From: Candidatus Woesearchaeota archaeon
Lineage (GTDB): Archaea; Nanobdellota; Nanobdellia; Woesearchaeales; UBA9642
DNA: 64,000 nucleotides
NCBI GenBank assembly: GCA_003599145.1
Contig: QZIT01000005.1
Span: 512,330-576,329 of the forward strand
Reading direction: 5' to 3'
Under the pieces are notes generated by a model, which made no database searches, had not been told where the DNA came from, and saw only the letters and a program-made list of their open reading frames with translations. The position numbers and the translations under genes are program-made. This document shows, in pieces, positions 47,855-58,154 of this stretch; the first letter of the stretch is position 1, and each line of letters begins with the position of its first letter.

Positions 47855-48862
47855 TTACGATTTTTCTGCCTTCATGTGTTTTTTATAGAAACGGTTAAGG
47901 TACTGTTTAATGGCGTTGCGCTGATATCTGAATCTGGCCAGCACTTTTTTTAGGTCAAGGGCCTGCCATCGCTGAATAGCAAGATCTGCGTGTTTATTTT
48001 TTCCAAAAATGCTTATTCCTCCCGTGTCCAAGTTATAATTTTTTAGCGCCTTGAATGATTTTTTTTCTGAAAGAAGAAATTGTTTTTCCACGTTGTGTAT
48101 GAGTTGTTTGTATTCCTGCATTTCTTCATCTGAAGGCAATGTAGGATTCACCAGCGCTGCAGGAACAGGTTTCTTCAGTAAAATTAAAAAAAAATGAACA
48201 GGAGGCATCAGCACATGCCTCACCAGCCACTGCAAAGCTCGTAAAACAGCATGTTTTGAGGGCAAGAGTCCTAAAACAGAAAACCCGAACGGAAGTTTTC
48301 TCATCCAGGGCGCTGTTTTTTCTACCGCAGAAAAGTTTTTCGCGCTAACATGATAGCAATAAACAGTAAAAAATGCATGTTGAATAATGTTTCCGTGTTT
48401 ACTGACGCTTCTTGATGGAAAGAGAATGTTCATGTGCTTCATAAAATCGTCCTCATGCATAATGCGAATGTCAAAGCCATACTCCAATCGAGTGTGGACT
48501 AATTTCGGCCTAAAATGAAATAAGTCATAGTCGTCTGGTTTAAAATTTTTGACTTGCTCAGAAACCTTTCTATTAATGAACGGGTGGATGAGAACATCTC
48601 CGTAAATGTGCAATAACCAACCATAGGCAAATGCCTTTTCTTCATCTGTTTTTGCGTTGCTCAGCATGTTCATGACCAAATCTTTGGAACGAACATAGTG
48701 GCATAAGTCTGAGAGAAAGGAATCTGTATTCGGAAAATAGCCCATATCAGGCCCTAAAACACCTGCAAGAAAATAGGGCAGAACATCTTTTTTGAACCAT
48801 CTCGTATGATGAGCATGATAGACGTTGTTGGCCATATACAAATGAGAGATGAATCCTGGCAT
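47855..48862 (-). CDS. zinc-dependent phospholipase C-like metallo-hydrolase fold protein
   Basis: start MPGFISHLYMAN; His/Asp-rich motifs GPDMGYF, HIYGDVLIHPF. Confidence 0.4.
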   Translation of the reverse strand: MPGFISHLYMANNVYHAHHTRWFKKDVLPYFLAGVLGPDMGYFPNTDSFLSDLCHYVRSKDLVMNMLSNAKTDEEKAFAYGWLLHIYGDVLIHPFINRKVSEQVKNFKPDDYDLFHFRPKLVHTRLEYGFDIRIMHEDDFMKHMNILFPSRSVSKHGNIIQHAFFTVYCYHVSAKNFSAVEKTAPWMRKLPFGFSVLGLLPSKHAVLRALQWLVRHVLMPPVHFFLILLKKPVPAALVNPTLPSDEEMQEYKQLIHNVEKQFLLSEKKSFKALKNYNLDTGGISIFGKNKHADLAIQRWQALDLKKVLARFRYQRNAIKQYLNRFYKKHMKAEKS

Positions 48863-48863
48863 G

Positions 48864-49907
48864 TTACACCACAATGAGCTGCTTTGGGCTTTTCGTGAGC
48901 ACAACAGCATTCTTTTTCAGGACAACATCATCCTCAATACGAATTCCTAATTTATGGGGGATATAGATCCCTGGCTCTATGGTGATAACCGTGTTTGTTT
49001 TAAAAATCGTTGCTGTTCTGAAAAAAGGAGGTTCATGAACATCGATACCCAAACCATGACCCAAAGAATGGATGAAATACTTTGCATACTTGCCTAATTG
49101 CTGCTTGGCAAATGCGTTAATTTTTGAAACGTCACGAGTCTTTTCTAGAAAATCTATAGTTTTCTGCTGAGCTTGAAGAACAAGGTCATAGAATTTCTTT
49201 TCTTTTTCAGACGGTTTACCAATATAAACAGTTCTGGTCATATCACTGCAATAGCCTTTATACTGCAATCCAAAATCAATCACCAGAAAGCCTCTAGCAA
49301 AAGTTTTACTGATTTCTGCGTGAGGGCTTGCCGCATCTTTTCCTGATGCAAGAATAGGTTTAAAGGCGGGCTTTGCATCTGCATCAATAATTTTTTTTAG
49401 AATAAAGCGATACGCTTCCTGAGGACTATGAAGCTTTTCTTCTTGCAATTGCCGTAATAATTCTAAAAAAATGGTGTCCGTCAATTTGCATGCTTTTGCA
49501 ATAGTGTCTAGTTCGCTTTCTGTTTTTGTTTCACGAAGTTCTGAAAGAAGCGCAGCTATGTTTATCACTTCAGTTTTAGAAGTTCTTATTTTTTCATGCT
49601 CTGCAACCGAAACAAAATCCATGTTAAGTCCTGCTGTTTTTTTGCCTTTAAGCAACGGCGTCAGCGCTTGAAAGATATCTTGAACAGCAACTGCTTTTTT
49701 TATGCGGGATTTTCTAGCTCTCAGTAACTCCATAGGAGGCACGAGTAATATCGCGTCAGAAGGAGTTATAAACAGACCCCCATACGCAAAGGTCATGCCT
49801 GAAAAATAATTAAGGTTAGAATCCTGCTTTGAAAGGGACGTATTAAAAATAAAACAGCAATCGATGTGTTCATCGCGCAGCTTTTTTTGAAGTATGGCAA
49901 GTTTCAT
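48864..49907 (-). CDS. M24-family Xaa-Pro aminopeptidase/dipeptidase
   Basis: 347 aa; HSLGHGLGIDVHEPP and IEPGIYIP...GIRIEDDV pita-bread motifs. Confidence 0.85.
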   Translation of the reverse strand: MKLAILQKKLRDEHIDCCFIFNTSLSKQDSNLNYFSGMTFAYGGLFITPSDAILLVPPMELLRARKSRIKKAVAVQDIFQALTPLLKGKKTAGLNMDFVSVAEHEKIRTSKTEVINIAALLSELRETKTESELDTIAKACKLTDTIFLELLRQLQEEKLHSPQEAYRFILKKIIDADAKPAFKPILASGKDAASPHAEISKTFARGFLVIDFGLQYKGYCSDMTRTVYIGKPSEKEKKFYDLVLQAQQKTIDFLEKTRDVSKINAFAKQQLGKYAKYFIHSLGHGLGIDVHEPPFFRTATIFKTNTVITIEPGIYIPHKLGIRIEDDVVLKKNAVVLTKSPKQLIVV

Positions 49908-49993
49908 AGGCTATTTTGCAATAGTCTATGCTCTTTTATATGTTTTATGAAAATTTTAAAAAGATTTATAAAGATTTTAAGTTACAAAACAGC

Positions 49994-50605
49994 ATGAAAA
50001 AAGAGGTGCACCATAAAATAGAACTCTATATCCGAAAAAGCATTTCAAAAGGCATTCCTATTGAAAAGATAATCGGAAAGCTTTCAGAGCTGGGCGTTTC
50101 TCAAGAGACTACGAAAGAAATGCTGCACCACCTCGAATTGGAAAAATATTTTCTATTGCATACTGAAAAATTGACTGAAGAAAAAGCAAAGCTTGAACGC
50201 ATCCACCAAGAGCTGGGAAAAGGCCACGCACTCATGGTAAGAGATTTCATGAGCTCCCCTATCATCAGCATTGAAAAGCACCAGCCGCTGTCATCTGCAA
50301 TCAAGCTCATGGATGAAAGAGATATCGGTTCGCTCGTCATCACAGAGCATCAGATTCCTGTCGGAATTATAACAGAAAGAGATCTCTTAAAAAAAGTGCT
50401 TGCCCATAATCTCACTGCGCAGCAAATAGCGATAGCAGACATCATGAGCAGCCCTCTCATCACAGGAGAGGTCACTGAGAAACTTCTTGAGGTAGAGACC
50501 AAGATGAAACTCAACAACATCAGAAGAATGCCTTTATTGGAAAATGACAAACTCGTCGGCATCATAACCTCAAGCGATATTATCCGCATTATGGCCTTTA
50601 TGTAA
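49994..50605 (+). CDS. CBS-pair domain protein
   Basis: two CBS repeats (MVRDFMSSPIISI / DIGSLVI...GIITERDLL and IADIMSSPLITG...PLLEND.LVGIITSSDII). Confidence 0.6.
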   Translation: MKKEVHHKIELYIRKSISKGIPIEKIIGKLSELGVSQETTKEMLHHLELEKYFLLHTEKLTEEKAKLERIHQELGKGHALMVRDFMSSPIISIEKHQPLSSAIKLMDERDIGSLVITEHQIPVGIITERDLLKKVLAHNLTAQQIAIADIMSSPLITGEVTEKLLEVETKMKLNNIRRMPLLENDKLVGIITSSDIIRIMAFM

Positions 50606-50618
50606 GAGGAACATAGCT

Positions 50619-51461
50619 ATGGGAACGCTCATCAGAAGTTTTGATTTGGTAAGGACAACATTTGCTGTTTTGCAGAAAGATAAAGAACTCCTTGTTTTTC
50701 CTCTGTTTTCCTTTTTCTTTTCAGCGATTGCATTTTTAGTTTTTCTCCTACCTATTTTTTTGAGCATGAATAAACTGGAAGCCGCGAATCCATTAAATAC
50801 ACTCATAGGGTTCCACCTCTATTTTTTTGCATACTACGTTATTACGTATTTCATCACTTACTTTTTTACTGCAGGCGTCATTAGTTGCGCTTACATGAGA
50901 TTAGAAGGAAAAAATCCGAATGTTAAAGACGGGTTGCGCATAGCGTTTAAAAATACAGGAAAAATTTTTCTCTGGTCCTTGATTTCTGCAACAGTGGGAT
51001 TTATTTTAAAACAAATTGCTGAGCGTTCAAAGCTTATTGGAAAAATTATTGCTGCAGTGTTAGGATTGATGTGGAGCTTGCTTACTTTTTTTGTCATACC
51101 TGTTATGATTATAGAACAAAAAGGGGTTTTTTCTTCTATCAAGCGTTCAGCAGCATTGTTCAAAGACACGTGGGGAGAAAACATCGTCGGACAAATCTCC
51201 ATAGGTATTTTCTTTTTTGCTGTTGGCATTATAGGCATCATCGCAGGAGTTATTCTCGTCATACTTCTTTATCCAATCTTCGGAGGATACTTCACCATCG
51301 TCATGTGGATATTTTTAATGCTTTATATCACCTTTTTAAGCCTTGTCAGCACAACGCTACAGGGCATTTTTGTTGCTGCATTATATCGCTATGCTACAAC
51401 CAAAAAAATATCTCTTGATTTTGACACAGAACTTTTGCAGAGCGCATTTACTAAAAATTAA
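50619..51461 (+). CDS. polytopic membrane protein, hypothetical
   Basis: 280 aa; ~6 TM. Confidence 0.45.
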   Translation: MGTLIRSFDLVRTTFAVLQKDKELLVFPLFSFFFSAIAFLVFLLPIFLSMNKLEAANPLNTLIGFHLYFFAYYVITYFITYFFTAGVISCAYMRLEGKNPNVKDGLRIAFKNTGKIFLWSLISATVGFILKQIAERSKLIGKIIAAVLGLMWSLLTFFVIPVMIIEQKGVFSSIKRSAALFKDTWGENIVGQISIGIFFFAVGIIGIIAGVILVILLYPIFGGYFTIVMWIFLMLYITFLSLVSTTLQGIFVAALYRYATTKKISLDFDTELLQSAFTKN

Positions 51462-52477
51462 GGATACGCTCTTTTTATTAAATCTGCATGCTTTTCAAAT
51501 GTTTTTCTGACGGGGTTTAACAGAAGATTGATTTCTTGGGCAACAGCCTTTTTTAAATCCGCTGGGTGCAGTTTTTTTGCATCGAAATCTGCTTTCAATG
51601 CTGCTATAGAAGCATACTCTACTGTTCCTCCAAATTTTTCAGGCCTCTCCACGCGCAGTGATTTTCCATTGTCTGTTAAAAAGGGCAAAAGAACGTATTC
51701 GCAAAAAGCAACAACGCCGTTATTGCTGTCTCCTTCAACGCATTGAGCTTTATTTATTTTGGCAATGACTGTTTTTTCATCATCCAGAATATCTATTTTT
51801 GAGTTTGGATCTGATGCACTCATTTTTGCACCTGTAATTCCTGGAAGCAAAGGAGTGAAAACGCAGGAATATTTCTCCCTGCCGAAGGCGTCTAGCAATT
51901 CCCTTCCCAACATATAAATTCCTCTCTGGTCAATACCTCCAAACGTAACATCTGCCTGCAACGCCTTTGCGTCTTCTATCTGCAATAAGGGATAAATGAA
52001 TCCTCCTAGTTTGGGATCTTCCTTAAAACGCACAACTTCAGACGCTGCTCTCTTTGATCTATTCAAGGTGACATCACCAACCATTTTAAAAACATTGATG
52101 ATGTAATCTCTTTTGAACTGGAAATCTGTGCCTTTGACAAACTCTATTTTTGTAGTGTCGACATCGAATGATTTTAGAAGTGCAGTAATGGCAAGTTTGT
52201 AATATTCGTATCTTTGATCGAGCAATTCCCAGGGAGTTTTTTCATCATCTAAGTATGCATGCAAGTCTGCAATTAAAAAAGTAAATTTAAACCCTAATGC
52301 GATAAAATCTCTTATCTTATAGAGCGGAATCATATAGCCAATATGAATTCTGCCTGTCGGCGCAAATCCTATATACGCCCCCGGATTTTTCTTTTTCAGA
52401 ATTTCCTTTAGCTCGTCTTCTTTTACTAATTCCTGCGTGTTTCGTTTCAGCAACGCAAATTTCTCTTCAAGGTCCAT
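51458..52477 (-). CDS. tyrS: tyrosyl-tRNA synthetase (archaeal type)
   Basis: class I HIGH-like FAPTGRIHIGY and KMSASD (KMSKS). Confidence 0.85.
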   Translation of the reverse strand: MDLEEKFALLKRNTQELVKEDELKEILKKKNPGAYIGFAPTGRIHIGYMIPLYKIRDFIALGFKFTFLIADLHAYLDDEKTPWELLDQRYEYYKLAITALLKSFDVDTTKIEFVKGTDFQFKRDYIINVFKMVGDVTLNRSKRAASEVVRFKEDPKLGGFIYPLLQIEDAKALQADVTFGGIDQRGIYMLGRELLDAFGREKYSCVFTPLLPGITGAKMSASDPNSKIDILDDEKTVIAKINKAQCVEGDSNNGVVAFCEYVLLPFLTDNGKSLRVERPEKFGGTVEYASIAALKADFDAKKLHPADLKKAVAQEINLLLNPVRKTFEKHADLIKRAYP

Positions 52478-52585
52478 ACAAACAGTAAACAACACTTCTT
52501 TTTATAGGTTTTGGAAATAGGGGCTGTGAAGATGCACAGGACAAGAACACAAAACTGTTTTAAAGGACATCTGCTTTCAAACATC

Positions 52586-53428
52586 ATGCTCTCAGTAACC
52601 AACCTTGCAACAGCGTTGTACTGCAAAAGAAAGCTCTTTATCGAAAAAGTTCTTCGTTTAAAAAAGATACCAAAGGAATCTCTAGCCAAAGGCAAAGTTA
52701 GACATGCAGCTTACGAGCTGGTAAACAAAGAGGACGAGAGTATTGTCAGAACTATCAGAAAAAAAACAGAGTTTCCAGAATTATTGCTATTTTATAAGAA
52801 GAAACACCTGCAATGCCTGCAAAATGCACTCCTTCAACATAAAGGAGAGCTGAAGGAAGTCAACCTTGCACTTCCAGACGTTTTTAAGCAAAGCTGGCCA
52901 TCCCTCTATCGGGAAACGAAAGAGCGAGCATTCCATGTATTTTCGTTCATGGAAAAGCATCAAGTTTATGGTGAGGAGTTATGGCAATTACTGACTCCAA
53001 AAATAGATTCTGAAGTAAAAATAGTCTCTGAAGAGCTCCTGTTAACAGGAATTATAGATCAAGTATGGCACTATGAAGATGAAACCATTCCTTATGAGCT
53101 TAAAACAGGTAGTGCACCATTAAAAGGCGTTTGGCCAAGCCACAGTATTCAAATAGGAAGCTATATTTTAATGCTCCAAAACATCCAGGAAAACGCCAAA
53201 AAAGGCTATGTAAAGTATCTTGACATCCAGGAATCCCGAGAAGTATTTTTAAATCCTTTCTTAGAGGATAAAATTCTTGCAACAAGGGACGCCGTTGTTA
53301 CGATGATAGAGACCCGTGAATTGCCAGATCGCACTTCCAACAAAAAAAAGTGCGATTCCTGCGAATTCAAGGCGCAGTGCTACGATGAAAAAGTTATGGA
53401 TGCTGAGATGAAAAAGCTGCAGAATTAA
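52586..53428 (+). CDS. Cas4-like/RecB-family PD-(D/E)xK exonuclease with 4-Cys cluster (no CRISPR context)
   Basis: N-terminal Cys (ALYCKRK), GIIDQVW (D), ELKTG (ExK), C-terminal CDSCEFKAQC. Confidence 0.55.
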   Translation: MLSVTNLATALYCKRKLFIEKVLRLKKIPKESLAKGKVRHAAYELVNKEDESIVRTIRKKTEFPELLLFYKKKHLQCLQNALLQHKGELKEVNLALPDVFKQSWPSLYRETKERAFHVFSFMEKHQVYGEELWQLLTPKIDSEVKIVSEELLLTGIIDQVWHYEDETIPYELKTGSAPLKGVWPSHSIQIGSYILMLQNIQENAKKGYVKYLDIQESREVFLNPFLEDKILATRDAVVTMIETRELPDRTSNKKKCDSCEFKAQCYDEKVMDAEMKKLQN

Positions 53429-53499
53429 TTTCGAAAGCTTTTTATATAAGAAGGCTTTTAGAATTCATTATCTACTCATGAATAAGGAAAGGTGAAAGC

Positions 53500-53763
53500 A
53501 TGGCAGAAGACGAAAAAAAGTTTTCAAAACAACTGATGGGCAAGACTGTCGTTTCCAAAGCTGGTAAAAAATTCGGAGAAGTTGGAGACCTTATTTTTGA
53601 AACCAGAACAGGGGAATTAATTCACTTACTCTTGGTCAATCCAACAAGCTACACAGAAAAGCTTGAACTGGAAAAAACAAAGGAAGGAGACATCTTAATA
53701 CCGTTCAGCTCAGTCATTGCAATGGGAGACTTTCTCGTTGTGGCTGAAGAAGATATTATTTAA
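53500..53763 (+). CDS. PRC-barrel domain protein
   Basis: 87 aa; LMGKTVVSKAGKKFGEVGDLIFETRTGELIHLLL; AGGTGA SD. Confidence 0.55.
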   Translation: MAEDEKKFSKQLMGKTVVSKAGKKFGEVGDLIFETRTGELIHLLLVNPTSYTEKLELEKTKEGDILIPFSSVIAMGDFLVVAEEDII

Positions 53764-53816
53764 TTTTTTTCTACTTTCTACAAACCTTTTTAAACACAAA
53801 ATAGTTCCACTGTTGC

Positions 53817-54773
53817 ATGGATGAATCTGCCATTTGGACAGAAAAATACAGGCCGTCTACATTTGAAGAAATAGTAGGCCAAACTGAAATAGTAAAGAGA
53901 ACAAAGGCATTTGTCGAACAGAGGAACATGCCTCACTTGCTTTTCTCAGGTCCTGCAGGAGTTGGAAAAACCACGCTTTCACTGGTTATTGCAAGACAGT
54001 TATTTAAAGAGTCCTGGAAAGAAAACTTTCTTGAACTGAACGCCAGCGATGAAAGAGGCATTGATGTTGTCAGGGTCAAGGTAAAAGAGTTTGCGAGAAC
54101 AAGGGCAATAGGCGATGTTCCCTTTAAGATAATCTACTTGGATGAATGCGATGCCTTAACCAAAGAGGCGCAGCAGGCATTGCGAAGGACTATGGAAAAT
54201 TACACGCACACCTGCAGATTTATTCTAAGCTGCAACTACAGCAGCAAAATCATAGATCCTATTCAAAGCAGATGCACGATATTTAGGTTTAAGCTTTTAA
54301 CAGAAAAGGAAATGGAAAAGATTATCGAGACTATCGCGAAGAAAGAGCAATTAACCATAGATGAAAAGGCAAAGAAGGCGCTGTTTGTTATAAGTGAAGG
54401 GGATGTAAGAAGGGTTGAAAATATCCTGCAGAGCAGCGCCGCATCAAATCAGAATATAACAGAAGACACAATATATAGTATTGCATCTATGGCAAGACCA
54501 AAAGAAATCGTTCAAGTCTTAGAGTTTGCCATGAAAAGAGACTTCAAAAATGCAAAAGACTTGCTTTTAAAAACAATGCTTGAACACGGACTCTCCGGAA
54601 GCGATGTTATCAAGCAGATTCAAAAAGAAATCTGGCAGCTCAAGGCAGAAGATAAAAAAAAGCTTGAAATGGTCAAGGAGTGTGGTGAAATAGAATTTAG
54701 AATGGTTGAAGGCAGCGATGAGTTTATCCAGTTAGAAGCGTTGCTGGCCAAATTCTGCGTTCTACATTCGTAA
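53817..54773 (+). CDS. rfcS: replication factor C small subunit
   Basis: 318 aa; WTEKYRP, GPAGVGKTT, DECD, SRC motif. Confidence 0.92.
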   Translation: MDESAIWTEKYRPSTFEEIVGQTEIVKRTKAFVEQRNMPHLLFSGPAGVGKTTLSLVIARQLFKESWKENFLELNASDERGIDVVRVKVKEFARTRAIGDVPFKIIYLDECDALTKEAQQALRRTMENYTHTCRFILSCNYSSKIIDPIQSRCTIFRFKLLTEKEMEKIIETIAKKEQLTIDEKAKKALFVISEGDVRRVENILQSSAASNQNITEDTIYSIASMARPKEIVQVLEFAMKRDFKNAKDLLLKTMLEHGLSGSDVIKQIQKEIWQLKAEDKKKLEMVKECGEIEFRMVEGSDEFIQLEALLAKFCVLHS

Positions 54774-54805
54774 GTTTTCTAGAAAAAGGATAAAAAAAGA
54801 AAAAA

Positions 54806-55765
54806 TTAGCCTGCACTGACATCTTTAATAATGATGTCTTTCTCTATGTATTCTCCGTACAGGTAATCTAGCGTTACCAAGAATACAGGCTCATAGATCT
54901 TTCCTTCGTTTCCCATGGTTACCGTACAGGTAACTGTTCTTGGAGCGCCGTTGTATAAATTAACATAACCAGCAACTCCTCCTTCTGAAAGGGCAGGGCA
55001 GTTAACGGTTGCATCAGTATCTTCTGGCAAGCTCACCGTAACGTAAACAATGTTCTTATCGACATTCGTTACAGAATCGTCACAGAACCTCTGGCTGCCT
55101 TTCTTGTAGATTTGCCCTGTTCCGACGTGTGATATAACCAAAAGCAAAGATGCCTTATTTTGCCCCGCGGGATTTTGCGATAAGGAGGTTATTTGAACAG
55201 GGGCTCCTGAATTCTTAGGGCTTTTTACTTCATTGAGCTTGCAAATCTTATCTGCATCCTTTGAGGTTTCGATGACGTTTTCTTTAATGCATATTTTTGT
55301 CGACACCCTAGTCTGATAGTCGTAGCAGGCTTCAGCTCTTAATGTAAAGAAATCATTTCCAAAAATATCCTGCTGGTAATTGAAGTTTTCAAAGTTTATG
55401 CTGGTAATGTCTCCATCAATAATGGTTCCTTCGAAGTTTTTTCGCTTGCCCTTGACATCGACATCTATAGCCTTTGAGGTTTCAGGATTTCCAAAATACG
55501 CAGAATTCAGCCCTATAAGCGACACTTTTCCATAATCTCTTGAAGCAACAAAGTCATACTCTCCTTTGTTTTCAATAATGACACCTATGCCAAAAGGATA
55601 TTGACCTGCATCAAATATTTCTTCAGGCGGATTTCCTTCCTGAAAGGAAAGCGCTAATCCTGTATTGCCTCCTGCATACGGGTCAAAAGCACTTGTGACC
55701 TGTTTTTGACCACAGCTAACCACAAAAAAAGCAAGTAATAAGACTGCAAAGAGTATTTTTCTCAT
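54806..55765 (-). CDS. lipoprotein, paralog family member with shared Cys-rich C-terminal domain
   Basis: 319 aa; lipobox VVSCGQ; ACYDYQTRVSTKICI...CKLNEVKSPKNSGAPVQITSL. Confidence 0.55.
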   Translation of the reverse strand: MRKILFAVLLLAFFVVSCGQKQVTSAFDPYAGGNTGLALSFQEGNPPEEIFDAGQYPFGIGVIIENKGEYDFVASRDYGKVSLIGLNSAYFGNPETSKAIDVDVKGKRKNFEGTIIDGDITSINFENFNYQQDIFGNDFFTLRAEACYDYQTRVSTKICIKENVIETSKDADKICKLNEVKSPKNSGAPVQITSLSQNPAGQNKASLLLVISHVGTGQIYKKGSQRFCDDSVTNVDKNIVYVTVSLPEDTDATVNCPALSEGGVAGYVNLYNGAPRTVTCTVTMGNEGKIYEPVFLVTLDYLYGEYIEKDIIIKDVSAG

Positions 55766-55829
55766 TTTGAAACCTCCTGTTTTTCCATACGCTTATTAAC
55801 GGGATGAACCCCTTTATATTATTTTCCTT

Positions 55830-57164
55830 TTATGTCACTCTTTTAATCGTGACTGATTTCTGAACAGTTTGAGAGTAGCCATAGGCCATCTCGATAATCA
55901 AATTGTCGGGATATGCTGTATTTGGAGCATTATCTGGGATGTCGTACTCGCAGGTAACCATGCCCTGTCCGTTAGTCAATCTTACCAATCTATTAGGATT
56001 GCACTTCATGCTATAAGGGTCTCCTGTTCCCAGGTTGATATAATTTATCCAAACGAGGTTCAAGTCTTTCTCTGTTACCCTGTCAGGATTCCAAGGGTTG
56101 CATTTTTGCAATGCAAATGGACTATAGACAGTACCTTTGCCTACATTTCTAATGTAAATCTTAAAAAGTATTTTTCTAGGCGTATTTTCCTGCTCTATTC
56201 TGGTTATGGCAACAGGAGCTCCCTGGCTTTTCCATGATTGCGCTCTTACTGTGCAAACTTTTCTGCCTCCATCATAAGGATACTTGTCTATGCAAACAGA
56301 GGGAGTTGCGTGGGTAACATATGCATAACATGCTGTTGCAGTGATGGGCTGTATGGTTTCGTCTAAACCTTGAGGCCATTGCATGACCGTCGCCTTGAAG
56401 TTCAAATAATCTTTTTCTCCACCAGGATAATAATGATTATCGCCTAAAAGCAAAAAGGGAATCCCATATCTCTTATCTGGAAACTGTATTCCTACACCCT
56501 GATAAAACTGACTTAATTGGGTCATGGCCATTCTACCGTAATAGGCATTTTCAACACTCACTGCCTGCAGGTCAAGCGCAGAGTCAAAATTGCAGTGTAT
56601 CTTATTGACGTTTTGATCAAGATTTTCACAGTTAAGATTGAGAGTTCCAAAAAGCTGGGTGTCTTCATCAAACCAATCTTTTCCTGTAATGCTATCAAGC
56701 AGCTCTCCAAGGTTTCCATCGACATGAAGATTTCCAAATTCACCAAAAACTCCTCCTCCAACACCATAGCCTTGTCCAAAAAAGCAGTCAAAGGCAATAT
56801 TTTCATTGCCTGAAACGCTACCTGCAGCAATATCGCAGGAATTTATACCGTAGAGATTCTGCTCTTGCGCAAACGGAGGAATAGATAGAATGCTTGGATT
56901 ATATCCTGAAATGTAAACAGAGCCCATAGCATAATTCGCTCCTTGATTGTCTAATTTAACATTGATATCAAACGTATTATCATTAACATTGCCATCTGAA
57001 TAGAAATAGACTCTTGAAGGGGGCGTATTATCTTCAAAGGTCATCCTAACTCCTTCTGTGCCTACATAATACTTTTCTGTTTTTGGATTATTGGGATTGC
57101 TTACGAAACTGCAAGAAGCCAAAAAAAGCGATAAAAGAATAAAGACTGGTAATAATTTTCTCAT
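55830..57164 (-). CDS. lipoprotein, paralog family member
   Basis: 444 aa; lipobox LASCS; ACYAYVTHATPSVCIDK...CTVRAQSWKSQGAPVAITRIEQ. Confidence 0.55.
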   Translation of the reverse strand: MRKLLPVFILLSLFLASCSFVSNPNNPKTEKYYVGTEGVRMTFEDNTPPSRVYFYSDGNVNDNTFDINVKLDNQGANYAMGSVYISGYNPSILSIPPFAQEQNLYGINSCDIAAGSVSGNENIAFDCFFGQGYGVGGGVFGEFGNLHVDGNLGELLDSITGKDWFDEDTQLFGTLNLNCENLDQNVNKIHCNFDSALDLQAVSVENAYYGRMAMTQLSQFYQGVGIQFPDKRYGIPFLLLGDNHYYPGGEKDYLNFKATVMQWPQGLDETIQPITATACYAYVTHATPSVCIDKYPYDGGRKVCTVRAQSWKSQGAPVAITRIEQENTPRKILFKIYIRNVGKGTVYSPFALQKCNPWNPDRVTEKDLNLVWINYINLGTGDPYSMKCNPNRLVRLTNGQGMVTCEYDIPDNAPNTAYPDNLIIEMAYGYSQTVQKSVTIKRVT

Positions 57165-57233
57165 GCTTCAATTTTTAGCTTTTGTATATATAAATATTAC
57201 TGTTTGCAGTATAGTTTGCAATACGCAAAACTG

Positions 57234-58154
57234 TCAGCGAACAATCTGAACATCTTTGCTGGAAGTCTGAAAGTACAAGTAATCTGTTTGGATGGTCAAA
57301 ATATCTGGTTGGCTGATGAACGTTAGCTCCAAAGGATCACCTATCAATTTGCAGTTCACGGTGCCTTCATTATTCATAAAATTCACAGGATTGGGATTAC
57401 AATCTAATGGTCTGTTGAAGAGACTTGCATTAATAATCAATTTACCCCATAGCTGAGTTGGAGACTCTTTAAGCACACACTGTTGCTGTATAGATTGCTC
57501 TGTTTTCTGAATCATAGTTCCCCCACCTACATTTTTAAGCGTGATGGCAAAAGAAGGCGTCACTCTATTATCTGAAACAGTCATTCTTGGCTCTACTCTC
57601 GTTATGGCAACAGGAGCTCCCTGATTTGCAAAGGTAAGCAGTTTTGCGCTGCAACTTTTTTTTCTTGCATCAAGATTAAAAGGATCTTTGTCTATGCAGA
57701 CATCTGCTGTTAATTTTGTTGTATAAGGATAGCAAACATTCATCAGTATTTTAGAAGACGGACTTTCCCTTTGACCTTCTATGGTCCTAGCATGGAACAA
57801 GTAACTATACGTTTCTAAAGAACCTTCTTGATTAAAGTAATGCTTACCAGGTAGCTCAATTTCTGTTGGTTCTTCAGAACCATTCAAGGTGAAGTAATAG
57901 CTATCATAGATGAAATAGAGATAGCCCTCTGTTTTTTCATCTTTGGATATATTAAAAGCCCCTGCATTTTGAACTTTGACAATAACATTAAAATCTTCTT
58001 CTTGAAATATTTTTGCAGGAGGCGCATTTTTCATAAACTCTGTTTTTAATCCATAAGGCCCTTTGTAAGGATTAAAAGACGATGGCTGCTTGGTTGTTGA
58101 AGTGCAAGCAGTAAGCAGCAACAAGGCAACCATGGCGATGAATACATATTTCAT
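57234..58154 (-). CDS. lipoprotein, paralog family member
   Basis: 306 aa; lipobox LTACTS; VCYPYTTKLTADVCIDK...CSAKLLTFANQGAPVAITRVEP. Confidence 0.55.
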   Translation of the reverse strand: MKYVFIAMVALLLLTACTSTTKQPSSFNPYKGPYGLKTEFMKNAPPAKIFQEEDFNVIVKVQNAGAFNISKDEKTEGYLYFIYDSYYFTLNGSEEPTEIELPGKHYFNQEGSLETYSYLFHARTIEGQRESPSSKILMNVCYPYTTKLTADVCIDKDPFNLDARKKSCSAKLLTFANQGAPVAITRVEPRMTVSDNRVTPSFAITLKNVGGGTMIQKTEQSIQQQCVLKESPTQLWGKLIINASLFNRPLDCNPNPVNFMNNEGTVNCKLIGDPLELTFISQPDILTIQTDYLYFQTSSKDVQIVR

